From: Escherichia coli | Lineage (GTDB): Bacteria > Pseudomonadota > Gammaproteobacteria > Enterobacterales > Enterobacteriaceae | NCBI RefSeq assembly: GCF_030384885.1 | Contig: NZ_CP128613.1 | Strand: one strand, 5' to 3' | DNA length: 64,000 bases | Part shown: one piece after another, positions 12,080-25,788 of the stretch | Position numbering within the stretch: the first letter of the stretch is position 1 | How the letters are laid out: each line of letters begins with the position of its first letter | Position numbers and translations under genes: made by a program | The notes under the pieces: generated by a model | Databases searched by the model: none | What the model was told of the DNA's origin: nothing | Seen by the model: only the letters and a program-made list of their open reading frames with translations

Positions 12080-13449
12080 TAGGCAGCTTAACCGCGCGCA
12101 TCTTCGCCATCTTCTGGCTGACGCTGGCGCTGGTGTTGATGTTGGTTTTGATGTTACCCAAGCTCGATTCACGCCAGATGACCGAGCTTCTGGATAGCGA
12201 ACAGCGTCAGGGGCTGATGATTGAGCAGCATGTCGAAGCGGAACTGGCGAACGATCCGCCCAACGATTTAATGTGGTGGCGGCGTCTGTTCCGGGCGATT
12301 GATAAGTGGGCACCGCCAGGACAGCGTTTGTTATTGGTGACCACCGAGGGCCGCGTGATCGGCGCTGAACGCAGCGAAATGCAGATCATTCGTAACTTTA
12401 TTGGTCAGGCCGATAACGCCGATCATCCGCAGAAGAAAAAGTATGGCCGCGTGGAACTGGTCGGTCCGTTCTCAGTGCGTGATGGCGAAGATAATTACCA
12501 ACTTTATCTGATTCGTCCGGCCAGCAGTTCTCAATCCGATTTCATTAACTTACTGTTTGACCGCCCGCTATTACTGCTGATTGTCACCATGCTGGTCAGT
12601 ACGCCGCTGCTGTTGTGGTTGGCCTGGAGTCTGGCAAAACCGGCGCGTAAGCTGAAAAACGCGGCCGATGAAGTTGCCCAGGGAAACTTACGCCAGCACC
12701 CGGAACTTGAAGCGGGGCCACAGGAATTCCTTGCCGCTGGTGCCAGTTTTAACCAGATGGTCACCGCACTGGAACGTATGATGACCTCCCAGCAGCGCCT
12801 GCTTTCTGATATCTCTCACGAACTGCGCACGCCACTGACGCGCCTGCAACTGGGTACGGCGTTATTGCGCCGTCGTAGTGGTGAAAGCAAGGAACTGGAG
12901 CGTATTGAAACCGAAGCCCAGCGTCTGGACAGCATGATCAACGACCTGTTGGTGATGTCACGTAATCAGCAGAAAAACGCGCTGGTGAGCGAGACATTGA
13001 AAGCTAACCAGTTGTGGGGTGAAGTGCTGGATAACGCGGCGTTCGAAGCGGAACAAATGGGCAAGTCGTTTACGGTTAACTTCCCGCCTGGGCCGTGGCC
13101 TCTGTATGGCAACCCGAACGCTCTGGAAAGTGCGCTGGAAAACATTGTTCGTAATGCTCTGCGTTATTCCCATACGAAGATTGAGGTGGGCTTTGCGGTA
13201 GATAAAGATGGTATCACCATTACGGTGGACGACGATGGTCCTGGCGTTAGCCCGGAAGATCGCGAGCAGATTTTCCGTCCGTTCTATCGCACCGATGAAG
13301 CGCGCGATCGTGAATCTGGCGGTACAGGTCTTGGGCTGGCGATTGTCGAAACCGCCATCCAGCAGCATCGTGGCTGGGTTAAAGCGGAAGACAGCCCGCT
13401 GGGTGGTTTACGACTGGTGATTTGGCTGCCGCTGTATAAGCGGAGTTAA
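12076..13449 (+). CDS. cpxA: envelope stress sensor histidine kinase
   Basis: 457-aa ORF; 4-nt overlap (ATGA) with cpxR; H-box SDISHELRTPLT. Confidence 0.95.
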   Translation: MIGSLTARIFAIFWLTLALVLMLVLMLPKLDSRQMTELLDSEQRQGLMIEQHVEAELANDPPNDLMWWRRLFRAIDKWAPPGQRLLLVTTEGRVIGAERSEMQIIRNFIGQADNADHPQKKKYGRVELVGPFSVRDGEDNYQLYLIRPASSSQSDFINLLFDRPLLLLIVTMLVSTPLLLWLAWSLAKPARKLKNAADEVAQGNLRQHPELEAGPQEFLAAGASFNQMVTALERMMTSQQRLLSDISHELRTPLTRLQLGTALLRRRSGESKELERIETEAQRLDSMINDLLVMSRNQQKNALVSETLKANQLWGEVLDNAAFEAEQMGKSFTVNFPPGPWPLYGNPNALESALENIVRNALRYSHTKIEVGFAVDKDGITITVDDDGPGVSPEDREQIFRPFYRTDEARDRESGGTGLGLAIVETAIQQHRGWVKAEDSPLGGLRLVIWLPLYKRS

Positions 13450-13459
13450 ACTCCGCATT

Positions 13460-13545
<86 letters not shown>

Positions 13546-13554
13546 CTCCGGGGG

Positions 13555-14229
13555 TTATTTTCCCCACAACCGCCGTGAAAAATCTTCGATTTTGCCGCTC
13601 AGTCGGCGCTTCTGCATCGTTCGCGTCCAGCTTTTCGATAACCCGGCAGCGGAGAGTAAACGGTGATACTGCTCGTCATCAAACGGCATATGCCATGCGA
13701 TGGCAGCAGCCTCCTGCACGGTCAAATCGCTGACACGGGAAACCAACTCCAGCGGCGCATCAGCAGATACCAACCCTGGCGCAATCACGCTATACAACCA
13801 TCCCACTTTACCCGTGTTTTGCATCAACTGCGCTATATCGCTGATATCAAAATGGTAATTGAGTTTATAGCAAGGGGAGCGTGGCTGGCTGACCTGAATT
13901 AATGCCTCTCCCCAGCGGAAAATATCGCCAATATAAACATTACTTTCCGTCAGACCGTCGGTTGAGAGATTTTCGCCAAACGCAGGCGCAACAAACAACT
14001 CCGCCTGTTCAGGAAATTCCCGCGCCCAGTAGAGATAATGTTCGCGAGGATAATGACACAGCGCCCTGTCTGGCCCACCGTGAACGACTTTCTCTGCCTG
14101 CTCGTCACCTTCCAGCCCCAGCTCTGTAAGCATCAATTCGCCATCAACCTGGATTTTGGCAATTGCGCTGGGTTTGCCTTCGGGATAAGCCTGAATCTTG
14201 CCCGTGTATACATCAACCGGATATCGCAT
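13555..14229 (-). CDS. yiiM: MOSC domain protein
   Basis: ORF 13555-14259; start set at MRYPVDVYTGK (224 aa). Confidence 0.85.
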   Translation of the reverse strand: MRYPVDVYTGKIQAYPEGKPSAIAKIQVDGELMLTELGLEGDEQAEKVVHGGPDRALCHYPREHYLYWAREFPEQAELFVAPAFGENLSTDGLTESNVYIGDIFRWGEALIQVSQPRSPCYKLNYHFDISDIAQLMQNTGKVGWLYSVIAPGLVSADAPLELVSRVSDLTVQEAAAIAWHMPFDDEQYHRLLSAAGLSKSWTRTMQKRRLSGKIEDFSRRLWGK

Positions 14230-14377
14230 CTGTTCCCTCTCCACGAGAAATTTCCCCATTAGACCATATTTATTTTATGTCAGGCGTGCTGTTTTCGCGG
14301 TATGTATCCAGGCAGGAGCTCAATCGCAAACCGGACGAACGTTAGTTCATCCGGCTGTGGGGATTAAGGAAGCAGGT

Positions 14378-15361
14378 TTATTTTACCGTGCCTAAAATTT
14401 CGATTTTCGCCACTCTGGCTTTGACTTTACGTGACCAGATAGAGGTAAGGATTGGCACCAGAATCGAAGTCACAATGACCGCCGTCGCGACCAGCGAAGT
14501 TGCTGCCGGAGCCATCGGTTTCAACGCAGGCACCATTTCTGCAATCAGCACAGGTGTCGCTACCGCCGCCCCTGCGGAACTGGAAGCGGCAATTCCGGCA
14601 GTGCCATCGCCACCGCCAATCAATTTATCGGCGATAATCAACGGAATACCGGTCACGATAATTACTGCCACACCCAACAGGATCCCCAGCAAACCTGTCT
14701 GGGCAATTACAGTCAAATCAATGGTATTGCCCAGCGCGAAGGCAAAGAATGGAATCAGCGTCTGCACCGCTTTGCTGAAAAATTCTCGTAATTCAGGGTC
14801 AAGGTTCCCAAGGGCAAAGCCCACCAGGAACGGTAACACTGCGCCGACGAAAACATGCGGTTCAAACGAGGCAATCCCGGCAGTGCCCAGGATAATCATC
14901 GTCATGAGCGGCCCGGACTCCAATGACATCAACACAAATGCCCCAGCTTCTTCTTTCGTACCGTACTGCTGCATGATGGAAGCGTAAAGTCCGCCGTTGG
15001 TCATATCCATCGCCGCCACCAGCGCCAGCGTTGAAAGTCCGGCAAAGAATCCAACTTCAACACCATGTTCCGGAATAATGCGCGAGGCAATTGCCGCAAC
15101 CACCCACGCGACGGCAATTTTTGTTACCACCAGCGTACCGGATTTACGCAATACCGTTCCCGTCGCGCTTAATTTTATTGACGCCCCCATGCAAAAAAAC
15201 CACACCGCCAGAATGGGCACCGTACCGGTAATCATCCCGTTGGTGAATGATCCAAAATATTTCCCCGCCCCCGGCGAGAAGGTGTGGCACAGTGCGCCAA
15301 GGAATAGCGGGACGAGCATCATCCCCCCCGGGATTTTTTCAATCGAGCGTTTTATCTGCAT
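14378..15361 (-). CDS. kdgT: 2-keto-3-deoxygluconate permease
   Basis: ORF 14378-15370; start at [11 protein letters not shown] (327 aa); polytopic membrane protein. Confidence 0.9.
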   Translation of the reverse strand: MQIKRSIEKIPGGMMLVPLFLGALCHTFSPGAGKYFGSFTNGMITGTVPILAVWFFCMGASIKLSATGTVLRKSGTLVVTKIAVAWVVAAIASRIIPEHGVEVGFFAGLSTLALVAAMDMTNGGLYASIMQQYGTKEEAGAFVLMSLESGPLMTMIILGTAGIASFEPHVFVGAVLPFLVGFALGNLDPELREFFSKAVQTLIPFFAFALGNTIDLTVIAQTGLLGILLGVAVIIVTGIPLIIADKLIGGGDGTAGIAASSSAGAAVATPVLIAEMVPALKPMAPAATSLVATAVIVTSILVPILTSIWSRKVKARVAKIEILGTVK

Positions 15362-15480
15362 TTCCATCACCTGTCGGCATATTTTTAAGGGCTGATGCGT
15401 AATTCCTCAACGGAGCATCAGTGTTGATGAAAACGAAGATAGACATTCATTTAATCAATAAAAGTGATCAAAACCACATC

Positions 15481-15503
15481 AATTGAAACACTGTTTTATT
15501 TTT
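15481..15503. promoter_or_regulatory. KdgR-type operator candidate upstream of kdgT
   Basis: Imperfect palindrome tGAAACActGTTTTA about 120 bp upstream of the kdgT start. Confidence 0.45.
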
Positions 15504-15537
15504 ATCGGATCATTGTTTTTATTTTGAAATTGATCAC

Positions 15538-15566
15538 AAAAAAACCACCGCCGTTGGCGATGGTTC
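15538..15566 (-). terminator. rho-independent terminator after sodA
   Basis: Hairpin accaccgccgttggcgatggt followed by a T-run on the minus strand. Confidence 0.6.
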
Positions 15567-15620
15567 ATTTTTTAAGCTGATATGCGGCGTAAACGCCTCA
15601 TTGCAGCAGGCGGCAAATGA

Positions 15621-16241
15621 TTATTTTTTCGCCGCGAAACGTGCCGCTGCTTCGTCCCAGTTCACCACGTTCCAGAACTCTTTGATGTAGTCAGGACGGC
15701 GGTTCTGGAATTTCAGGTAGTAAGCATGTTCCCACACATCCAGGCCCAGAATCGGGAAGCCGGAAGCGCCAGAAATAGCTTCACCCATCAGCGGGGAGTC
15801 CTGGTTAGCAGTAGAAACCACCGCCAGTTTATCGCCTTTCAGCACCAGCCATGCCCAGCCGGAACCAAAGCGGGAAGCTGCCGCTTTCTCAAATTCTGCT
15901 TTGAAGTTATCAACGGAGCCGAAGTCACGTTCGATAGCCGCTTTCAGGTCACCCTGTAAGGTGGTGCCTTTTTTCAAACCTTTCCAGAACAGGCTGTGGT
16001 TAGCGTGACCGCCAGCGTTGTTGCGCAGTACGGTTTTCTTGTCTGCTGGCAGCTGGTCCAGTTTGGTGATCAGCTCTTCAACCGGCAGGTTGGCAAATTC
16101 TGGCAGGCTTTCCAGCGCCGCGTTGGCGTTGTTGACGTAGGTCTGATGGTGTTTGGTGTGGTGGATTTCCATGGTCTGCTTATCGAAGTGCGGTTCCAGG
16201 GCATCGTAAGCATACGGCAGGGATGGCAGGGTATAGCTCAT
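15621..16241 (-). CDS. sodA: Mn superoxide dismutase
   Basis: ORF 15621-16247; start at [18 protein letters not shown] (206 aa). Confidence 0.95.
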   Translation of the reverse strand: MSYTLPSLPYAYDALEPHFDKQTMEIHHTKHHQTYVNNANAALESLPEFANLPVEELITKLDQLPADKKTVLRNNAGGHANHSLFWKGLKKGTTLQGDLKAAIERDFGSVDNFKAEFEKAAASRFGSGWAWLVLKGDKLAVVSTANQDSPLMGEAISGASGFPILGLDVWEHAYYLKFQNRRPDYIKEFWNVVNWDEAAARFAAKK

Positions 16242-16304
16242 ATTCATCTCCAGTATTGTCGGGCGGCCGATTGTTAATGCCGCGTAAGCAGTTGGTTCAT
16301 TATA

Positions 16305-16340
16305 GTTAATTAAATGATATTGAAAATGATTATCAATGCC
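16305..16340. promoter_or_regulatory. Fur-box-like sequence in the sodA promoter region
   Basis: aaatgatattgaaaatgattatcaatg resembles the GATAATGATAATCATTATC Fur box. Confidence 0.4.
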
Positions 16341-16525
16341 GTACTTTTCGTAAGGGTATGGTTTTGCAGGAAAATGCCCGAGATGTGAAGCAAATCACCC
16401 ACTTAATGCCGTGATTGCCAGTAAATCGACAACGGCGGCAACAGGCGAAAGGTTAATCGACAGCACGATTTTTACACTCATCTCGTCGGAGATGTGACGC
16501 GACGAAAAATGATGAGGATAAGAAG

Positions 16526-17560
16526 ATGAGTAACGCGATTACGATGGGGATATTTTGGCATTTGATCGGCGCGGCCAGTGCAGCCTGTTTTTACGCGCCG
16601 TTCAAAAAAGTAAAGAAATGGTCATGGGAAACCATGTGGTCAGTCGGTGGGATTGTTTCGTGGATTATTCTGCCGTGGGCCATCAGCGCCCTGTTACTAC
16701 CGAATTTCTGGGCGTATTACAGCTCGTTTAGTCTCTCTACGCTGCTGCCTGTTTTTCTGTTCGGCGCTATGTGGGGGATCGGTAATATCAACTACGGCCT
16801 GACCATGCGTTATCTCGGCATGTCGATGGGAATTGGCATCGCCATTGGCATTACGTTGATTGTCGGTACGCTGATGACGCCAATTATCAACGGCAATTTC
16901 GATGTTCTGATTAATACCGAAGGCGGACGCATGACGTTGCTCGGCGTTCTGGTGGCGCTGATTGGCGTAGGGATTGTAACTCGCGCCGGGCAGTTGAAAG
17001 AGCGCAAGATGGGCATAAAAGCCGAAGAGTTCAACCTGAAAAAAGGGCTGGTGCTGGCGGTGATGTGCGGCATTTTCTCTGCCGGGATGTCCTTTGCGAT
17101 GAACGCCGCAAAACCGATGCATGAAGCAGCTGCCGCACTGGGCGTCGATCCACTGTATGTCGCTCTGCCAAGCTATGTTGTCATCATGGGAGGCGGCGCG
17201 ATCATCAACCTCGGTTTCTGCTTCATTCGTCTGGCAAAAGTGAAGGATTTGTCGCTAAAAGCCGACTTTTCGCTGGCAAAACCGCTGATCATTCACAACG
17301 TGTTACTCTCGGCACTGGGCGGTTTGATGTGGTATCTGCAATTCTTTTTCTATGCCTGGGGCCACGCCCGCATTCCGGCGCAGTATGACTACATCAGCTG
17401 GATGCTGCATATGAGCTTCTATGTATTGTGCGGCGGTATCGTCGGGCTGGTGCTGAAAGAGTGGAACAATGCAGGTCGCCGTCCGGTAACGGTGTTGAGC
17501 CTCGGCTGTGTGGTGATTATTGTCGCCGCCAACATCGTCGGCATGGGCATGGCGAATTAA
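16526..17560 (+). CDS. rhaT: L-rhamnose:H+ symporter
   Basis: 344-aa polytopic membrane ORF; synteny with the rha genes. Confidence 0.93.
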   Translation: MSNAITMGIFWHLIGAASAACFYAPFKKVKKWSWETMWSVGGIVSWIILPWAISALLLPNFWAYYSSFSLSTLLPVFLFGAMWGIGNINYGLTMRYLGMSMGIGIAIGITLIVGTLMTPIINGNFDVLINTEGGRMTLLGVLVALIGVGIVTRAGQLKERKMGIKAEEFNLKKGLVLAVMCGIFSAGMSFAMNAAKPMHEAAAALGVDPLYVALPSYVVIMGGGAIINLGFCFIRLAKVKDLSLKADFSLAKPLIIHNVLLSALGGLMWYLQFFFYAWGHARIPAQYDYISWMLHMSFYVLCGGIVGLVLKEWNNAGRRPVTVLSLGCVVIIVAANIVGMGMAN

Positions 17561-18405
17561 TCTTTCTGCGAATTGAGATGACGCCACTGGCTGGGCGTCA
17601 TCCCGGCTTCCCGGGTAAACACCACCGAAAAATAGTTACTATCTTCAAAGCCACATTCGGTTGAAATATCACTGATTAACAGGCGGCTATGCTGGAGAAG
17701 ATATTGCGCATGACACACTCTGACCTGCCGCAGATATTGATTGATGGTCATTCCAGTCTGCTGGCGAAATTGCTGACGCAAAACGCGCTCACTGCACGAT
17801 GCCTCATCACAAAATTCATCCAGCGCAAAGGGACTTTTCAGGCTGGCCGCCAGCCGGGTAATCAGCTTATCCAGCAACGTTTCGCTGGATGTTGGCGGCA
17901 ACGAATCACTGGTGTAACGATGGCGATTCAGCAACATCACCAACTGCCCGAACAGCAACTCTGCCATTTCGTTAGCAAACGGCACATGCTGACTACTTTC
18001 ATGCTCAAGCTGACCGATAACCTGCCGCGCCTGTGCCATCCCCATGCTACCTAAGCGCCAGTGTGGTTGCCCTGCGCTGGCGCTAAATCCCGGAATCGCC
18101 CCCTGCCAGTCAAGATTCAGCTTCAGCCGCTCCGGGCAATAAATAATATTCTGCAAAACCAGATCGTTAACGGAAGCGTAGGAGTGTTTATCGTCAGCAT
18201 GAATGTAAAAGAGATCGCCACGGGTAATGCGATAAGGGCGATCGTTGAGCACATGCAGACCATTACCGCGCCAGACAATCACCAGCTCACAAAAATCATG
18301 TGTATGTTCGGCAAAGACATCTTGCGGATAACGGTCAGCCACAGCGACTGCCTGCTGGTCGCTGGCAAAAAAATCATCTTTGAGAAGTTTTAACTGATGC
18401 GCCAC
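17557..18405 (-). CDS. rhaR: AraC-family L-rhamnose regulator RhaR
   Basis: ORF 17557-18570; start chosen at the GTG giving [13 protein letters not shown] (282 aa, matching the K-12 length as I recall it). An upstream ATG at 18495 (312 aa) is an alternative. Confidence 0.85.
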   Translation of the reverse strand: MAHQLKLLKDDFFASDQQAVAVADRYPQDVFAEHTHDFCELVIVWRGNGLHVLNDRPYRITRGDLFYIHADDKHSYASVNDLVLQNIIYCPERLKLNLDWQGAIPGFSASAGQPHWRLGSMGMAQARQVIGQLEHESSQHVPFANEMAELLFGQLVMLLNRHRYTSDSLPPTSSETLLDKLITRLAASLKSPFALDEFCDEASCSERVLRQQFRQQTGMTINQYLRQVRVCHAQYLLQHSRLLISDISTECGFEDSNYFSVVFTREAGMTPSQWRHLNSQKD

Positions 18406-18478
18406 CGTGGCTACCTCGGCCAGAGAACGAAGTTGATTATTCGCAATATGGCGAACAAATACGTTGAGAAGATTCGCG

Positions 18479-19315
18479 TTATTGCAGAAAGCCATCCCGT
18501 CCCTGGCGAATATCACGCGGTGACCAGTTAAACTCTCGGCGAAAAAGCGTCGAAAAGTGGTTACTGTCACTAAATCCGCAGCGATAGGCGATGTCAGTAA
18601 CGCTGGCCTCGCTGTGGCGTAGCAGATGTCGGGCTTTCATCAGTCGCAGGCGGTTCAGGTAACGCTGAGGCGTCAGTCCCGTTTTCTGCTTAAGCTGTCG
18701 ATGTAGCGTACGCAGCGAAAGAGAAAATTGATCCGCCACGGCATCCCAATTTACCTCATCGGCAAAATGGTCCTCCAGCCAGGCCAGAAGCAAGTTGAGA
18801 CGTGATGCGCTGTTTTCCAGGTTCTCCTGCAAACTGCTTTTACGCAGCAAGAGCAGTAATTGCATAAACAAGATCTCGCGACTGGCGGTCGAGGGTAAAT
18901 CATTTTCCCCTTCCTGCTGTTCCATCTGTGCAACCAGCTGTCGCACCTGCTGCAACACGCTGTGGTTAACGCGCCAGTGAGACGGATACTGCCCATCCTG
19001 CTCTTGTGGCAGCAACTGATTCAGCCCGGCGAGAAACTGAAATCGATCCGGCGAGCGATACAGTACATTGGTCAGACACAGATTATCGGTATGTTCATAC
19101 AGATGCCGATCATGATCGCGTACGAAACAGACAGTCCCACCGGTGATGGTATAGGGCTGCCCATTAAACACATGAATACCCGTGCCATGTTCGACAATCA
19201 CAATTTCATGAAAATCATGATGATGTTCAGGATAATCCGCCTGCGGGAGCCGGGGTTCTATCGCCACGGACGCGTTACCAGACGGAAAAAAATCCACACT
19301 ATGTAATACGGTCAT
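18479..19315 (-). CDS. rhaS: AraC-family L-rhamnose regulator RhaS
   Basis: 278-aa ORF; recognised sequence. Confidence 0.93.
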   Translation of the reverse strand: MTVLHSVDFFPSGNASVAIEPRLPQADYPEHHHDFHEIVIVEHGTGIHVFNGQPYTITGGTVCFVRDHDRHLYEHTDNLCLTNVLYRSPDRFQFLAGLNQLLPQEQDGQYPSHWRVNHSVLQQVRQLVAQMEQQEGENDLPSTASREILFMQLLLLLRKSSLQENLENSASRLNLLLAWLEDHFADEVNWDAVADQFSLSLRTLHRQLKQKTGLTPQRYLNRLRLMKARHLLRHSEASVTDIAYRCGFSDSNHFSTLFRREFNWSPRDIRQGRDGFLQ

Positions 19316-22328
<3,013 letters not shown>

Positions 22329-22332
22329 ACAC

Positions 22333-22370
22333 TGCCGGATGCGGCGCGAGCGCCTTATCCGGCCTACGGG
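22333..22370. repeat. REP element
   Basis: gccggatgcggcgcgagcgccttatccggcctac between rhaA and rhaD. Confidence 0.75.
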
Positions 22371-22410
22371 TCGTGCATCCGACAACACCGAATTTACAGG
22401 AACACAGAAC

Positions 22411-23235
22411 ATGCAAAACATTACCCAGTCCTGGTTTGTCCAGGGAATGATCAAAGCCACCACCGACGCCTGGCTGAAAGGCTGGGACGAGCGCAACGGC
22501 GGCAACCTGACGCTGCGCCTGGATGACGCCGATATCGCGCCTTATCACGACAACTTCCATGCACAACCGCGCTATATCCCGCTCAGCCAGCCCATGCCTT
22601 TACTGGCAAATACACCGTTTATTGTCACCGGCTCCGGCAAATTCTTTCGTAACATCCAGCTTGATCCTGCGGCTAACTTAGGCGTCGTAAAAGTCGACAG
22701 CGACGGCGCGGGCTACCACATTCTCTGGGGGCTAACTCACGAAGCCGTTCCAACCTCTGAACTTCCGGCTCACTTCCTTTCCCACTGCGAGCGCATTAAA
22801 GCCACCAACGGTAAAGATCGGGTGATCATGCACTGCCACGCCACCAACCTGATCGCCCTTACCTACGTACTGGAAAACGACACCGCGCTCTTCACTCGCC
22901 AGCTTTGGGAAGGCAGCACCGAGTGTCTGGTAGTGTTCCCGGATGGCGTCGGCATTTTGCCGTGGATGGTGCCCGGCACGGACGAAATCGGCCAGGCGAC
23001 CGCACAGGAAATGCAAAAACATTCGCTGGTGTTGTGGCCCTTCCACGGCGTCTTCGGCAGCGGTCCGACACTGGATGAAACATTCGGTTTAATCGACACC
23101 GCAGAAAAATCAGCACAAGTATTAGTGAAGGTTTATTCGATGGGCGGCATGAAACAGACCATCAGTCGTGAAGAGCTGATAGCACTCGGCCAGCGTTTCG
23201 GCGTTACACCACTAGCCAGTGCGCTGGCGCTGTAA
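22411..23235 (+). CDS. rhaD: rhamnulose-1-phosphate aldolase
   Basis: ORF 22321-23235; start at [21 protein letters not shown] (274 aa); the upstream ORF portion overlaps the REP. Confidence 0.93.
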   Translation: MQNITQSWFVQGMIKATTDAWLKGWDERNGGNLTLRLDDADIAPYHDNFHAQPRYIPLSQPMPLLANTPFIVTGSGKFFRNIQLDPAANLGVVKVDSDGAGYHILWGLTHEAVPTSELPAHFLSHCERIKATNGKDRVIMHCHATNLIALTYVLENDTALFTRQLWEGSTECLVVFPDGVGILPWMVPGTDEIGQATAQEMQKHSLVLWPFHGVFGSGPTLDETFGLIDTAEKSAQVLVKVYSMGGMKQTISREELIALGQRFGVTPLASALAL

Positions 23236-23244
23236 GGAGCAAAC

Positions 23245-23559
23245 ATGATCCGCAAAGCCTTTGTCATGCAGGTTAACCCCGACGCCCACGAAGAGTATCA
23301 GCGTCGGCATAATCCAATCTGGCCGGAACTGGAAGCAGTGTTGAAATCTCACGGTGCGCATAACTACGCCATTTACCTTGACAAAGCGCGTAATCTGCTG
23401 TTTGCCACGGTAGAGATTGAATCTGAAGAACGGTGGAATGCGGTAGCCAGTACTGATGTTTGCCAACGTTGGTGGAAGTATATGACCGACGTTATGCCAG
23501 CTAACCCGGATAACAGCCCAGTCAGTAGCGAGCTGCAAGAAGTGTTTTACCTGCCTTAA
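23245..23559 (+). CDS. rhaM: L-rhamnose mutarotase
   Basis: 104-aa ORF immediately after rhaD. Confidence 0.92.
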
Positions 23560-23568
23560 TTGCCCAAT

Positions 23569-23604
23569 GTGCCGGAAACGCCTCCGGCACAATACTTTTA
23601 ATTT
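23569..23604 (+). terminator. probable terminator after rhaM
   Basis: Hairpin gtgccggaaacgcctccggcac followed by a T-rich stretch. Confidence 0.5.
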
Positions 23605-23872
23605 CTACTTAAAAAAATAAACATATTGCACCTTCAATGAGTATATCCAGGCAAGTTATATTTCCCCGATACATTATGAGCAAATCACAAAAATAATGAA
23701 TAACTCATTAATGATTCATGTCGTTTATTTAAATAACCATTATTTGCATTACTCCGCAAACCTGACCTTTCCCTCTATCTCAAATTGTCATCGTTTGCCG
23801 ACATATCGACTCTCATCACTTAGTCGCTCCACCATTACAATGGGTTAAAATATATTTTATGGAGTTCGATTA

Positions 23873-24421
23873 ATGGCTGCTCTTACTGCAAGCTGTATTG
23901 CCTTGAATATTCAGGGCAATAGCGATTATTCCATTCTGAGACAGCTGGCTACAATAGCATGTCAAAATGGTTTCATTACCGATTCTCATACGTTTCTGCA
24001 GACCCTACTGCGACGCGAAAAAATGCACTCCACAGGATTTGGTTCTGGCATTGCCGTACCACACGGTAAAAGAGCCTGCGTTAAACTACCCTTCGTGTTA
24101 TTCGCCCGCAAAGCACAGGCCATTAACTGGAAAGCCAGCGACGGCTAAGGCGAAAACCTGATTGTTAATCGTCTCGCCATCCCACATGGCTGGAGCGAAC
24201 AGGAACGCCGTTTTCGTGGATTTTTTATTACCCTCGCCCAACCGCTCGAGGTGAATAACGAAGTCATTAACCATGTGTTGATCGCCTGTGCCGCCGCTGA
24301 TGCGCGCCACGAGTTGAAAATATTCAGCTCTCTGGCAAGCGTACTATGTACGTATCCGGCGGAGACTATTGCCGGGCTAACGGGATATGAAGGGTGTATA
24401 GCGTTACTTCGTCAGGAGTGA
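23873..24421 (+). pseudogene. frvA: PTS EIIA-type (frv-like) remnant interrupted by an in-frame TAA
   Basis: One frame reads ...FGSGIAVPHGKRACV...ASDG-stop(24146-24148)-GENLIVNRLAIPHGWSEQ... to 24421; two IPHG-type EIIA motifs; lies where frvABXR sits in K-12, which spans several kb. Confidence 0.5.
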
Positions 24422-24459
24422 ATGATGTCGGATCCACGTTTGACACGGCTTAACGACGT

Positions 24460-24497
24460 GTAGGTCGGATAAAGCGTTTACGCCGCATCCGACCTTG
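24460..24497. repeat. REP element
   Basis: gtaggtcggataaagcgtttacgccgcatccgacc. Confidence 0.7.
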
Positions 24498-24522
24498 TAT
24501 TTCTCAGCAAAAATAAAAACGT

Positions 24523-25578
24523 TTAACGCAGGCGATTATAATCATCGACCATTTCGTTGTACTCACGTAATGCTCTCGGGAAAGAGTCGTCGACCATCCA
24601 ACTTGTGTTTGCATCCTGAAGTTGCTCTTTATCCCAGTCAGAATACGGAACTTTATCTCTGACGCGGCGAACATATTTTTTAGCCTCGAGTTGATACTGG
24701 TCTGCCGAATTAATGAACGAGAAATTCATACCGCCTTTATCCGCTTCTTTGGCCTGCGCCACCAGCGTTTCCAGTTCAGAGACTTTCTTCATTGCCGCAT
24801 CAACATCAAACTTCTCTTGCGAAATCAGGTTATTAATTTGTTTCGCTGAAATCATGACTGCCAGGGAGTAGTAGTGGAATGTTTTTCCTTCTGTTTCTTC
24901 AATATTTTTCAGTTCCGCAAGCTGACGCTTATCGTTAATTTCCTGAATCGCCGCATGATAAGATTCTGCTACAGGTTCAAAGGCTTCAAGATTTTTTAAG
25001 AATGTCTGGTGCAGCGTTTTCCCTTTCGCAAACGCATCGTCTTTATAATTTTCCTGGGTGTAATATTTATCCATTTCGTTAATGGTATTACCCAACGCCA
25101 CGGCAGCATCAATATAACTCACCGCCACGCCATCAATAGGTTGCAGCGCAGGCGTTAACGCCACAGCACTTTTTACGCCTTTTTCACACTCAGCGAGGTT
25201 GGATTCACTAATACCGTAGATACCATAAACAGTACGCTCTTCACCGGTAGGGCCCTGTTTAAAATCTTTCAGCCAGTCAGCATAACGCGCCAGACTGCTC
25301 TGTACAGGGATCTGTAACTTGTTGTAGCACTTGATATAGACATCCATTTTTTCGTCGAAAACCGCTTGTTCATCGACCACCGGTTGAGCAGGCGTTTCAG
25401 GTTTAACTTCTGCTTTTGCAACGGGAGCTTCAGCAGGTTTCGCTTCAGGAGCTGGTGCGGCAGGTTGACTATTGGCAGGCGGGGGCGTTTCTGTTTCGGA
25501 TTTTTTATCGTCACAACCCGTGAGACCGAGGGCCATTATGGCGACTATAATAGCGGAAGATAATAAATTCCTTTTCAT
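24523..25578 (-). CDS. yiiG: DUF3829 lipoprotein
   Basis: 351-aa ORF with lipoprotein signal (LGLTGC); synteny. Confidence 0.85.
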   Translation of the reverse strand: MKRNLLSSAIIVAIMALGLTGCDDKKSETETPPPANSQPAAPAPEAKPAEAPVAKAEVKPETPAQPVVDEQAVFDEKMDVYIKCYNKLQIPVQSSLARYADWLKDFKQGPTGEERTVYGIYGISESNLAECEKGVKSAVALTPALQPIDGVAVSYIDAAVALGNTINEMDKYYTQENYKDDAFAKGKTLHQTFLKNLEAFEPVAESYHAAIQEINDKRQLAELKNIEETEGKTFHYYSLAVMISAKQINNLISQEKFDVDAAMKKVSELETLVAQAKEADKGGMNFSFINSADQYQLEAKKYVRRVRDKVPYSDWDKEQLQDANTSWMVDDSFPRALREYNEMVDDYNRLR

Positions 25579-25690
25579 TTAATTGCCTTATAAATAGATA
25601 AATAAGAGTGTGAATATAATAAATGAAAAAAGAAAATGTCACTACACGCGTTTTGTTTATAAATAAATCGATAATATTCATAAAATGAAT

Positions 25691-25725
25691 AAGTCCTGTA
25701 ATTTAATTTCTAAATCACAGGACTT
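25691..25725. terminator. hairpin between the 768-aa gene and yiiG
   Basis: Inverted repeat aagtcctgt...acaggactt flanked by T-rich sequence in AT-rich DNA. Confidence 0.45.
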
Positions 25726-25788
25726 ATTTTAACTAACGGCACAACCTTTGCGGGAGGGAGTGTCATGTCCCCCACCATTAATCATGCA

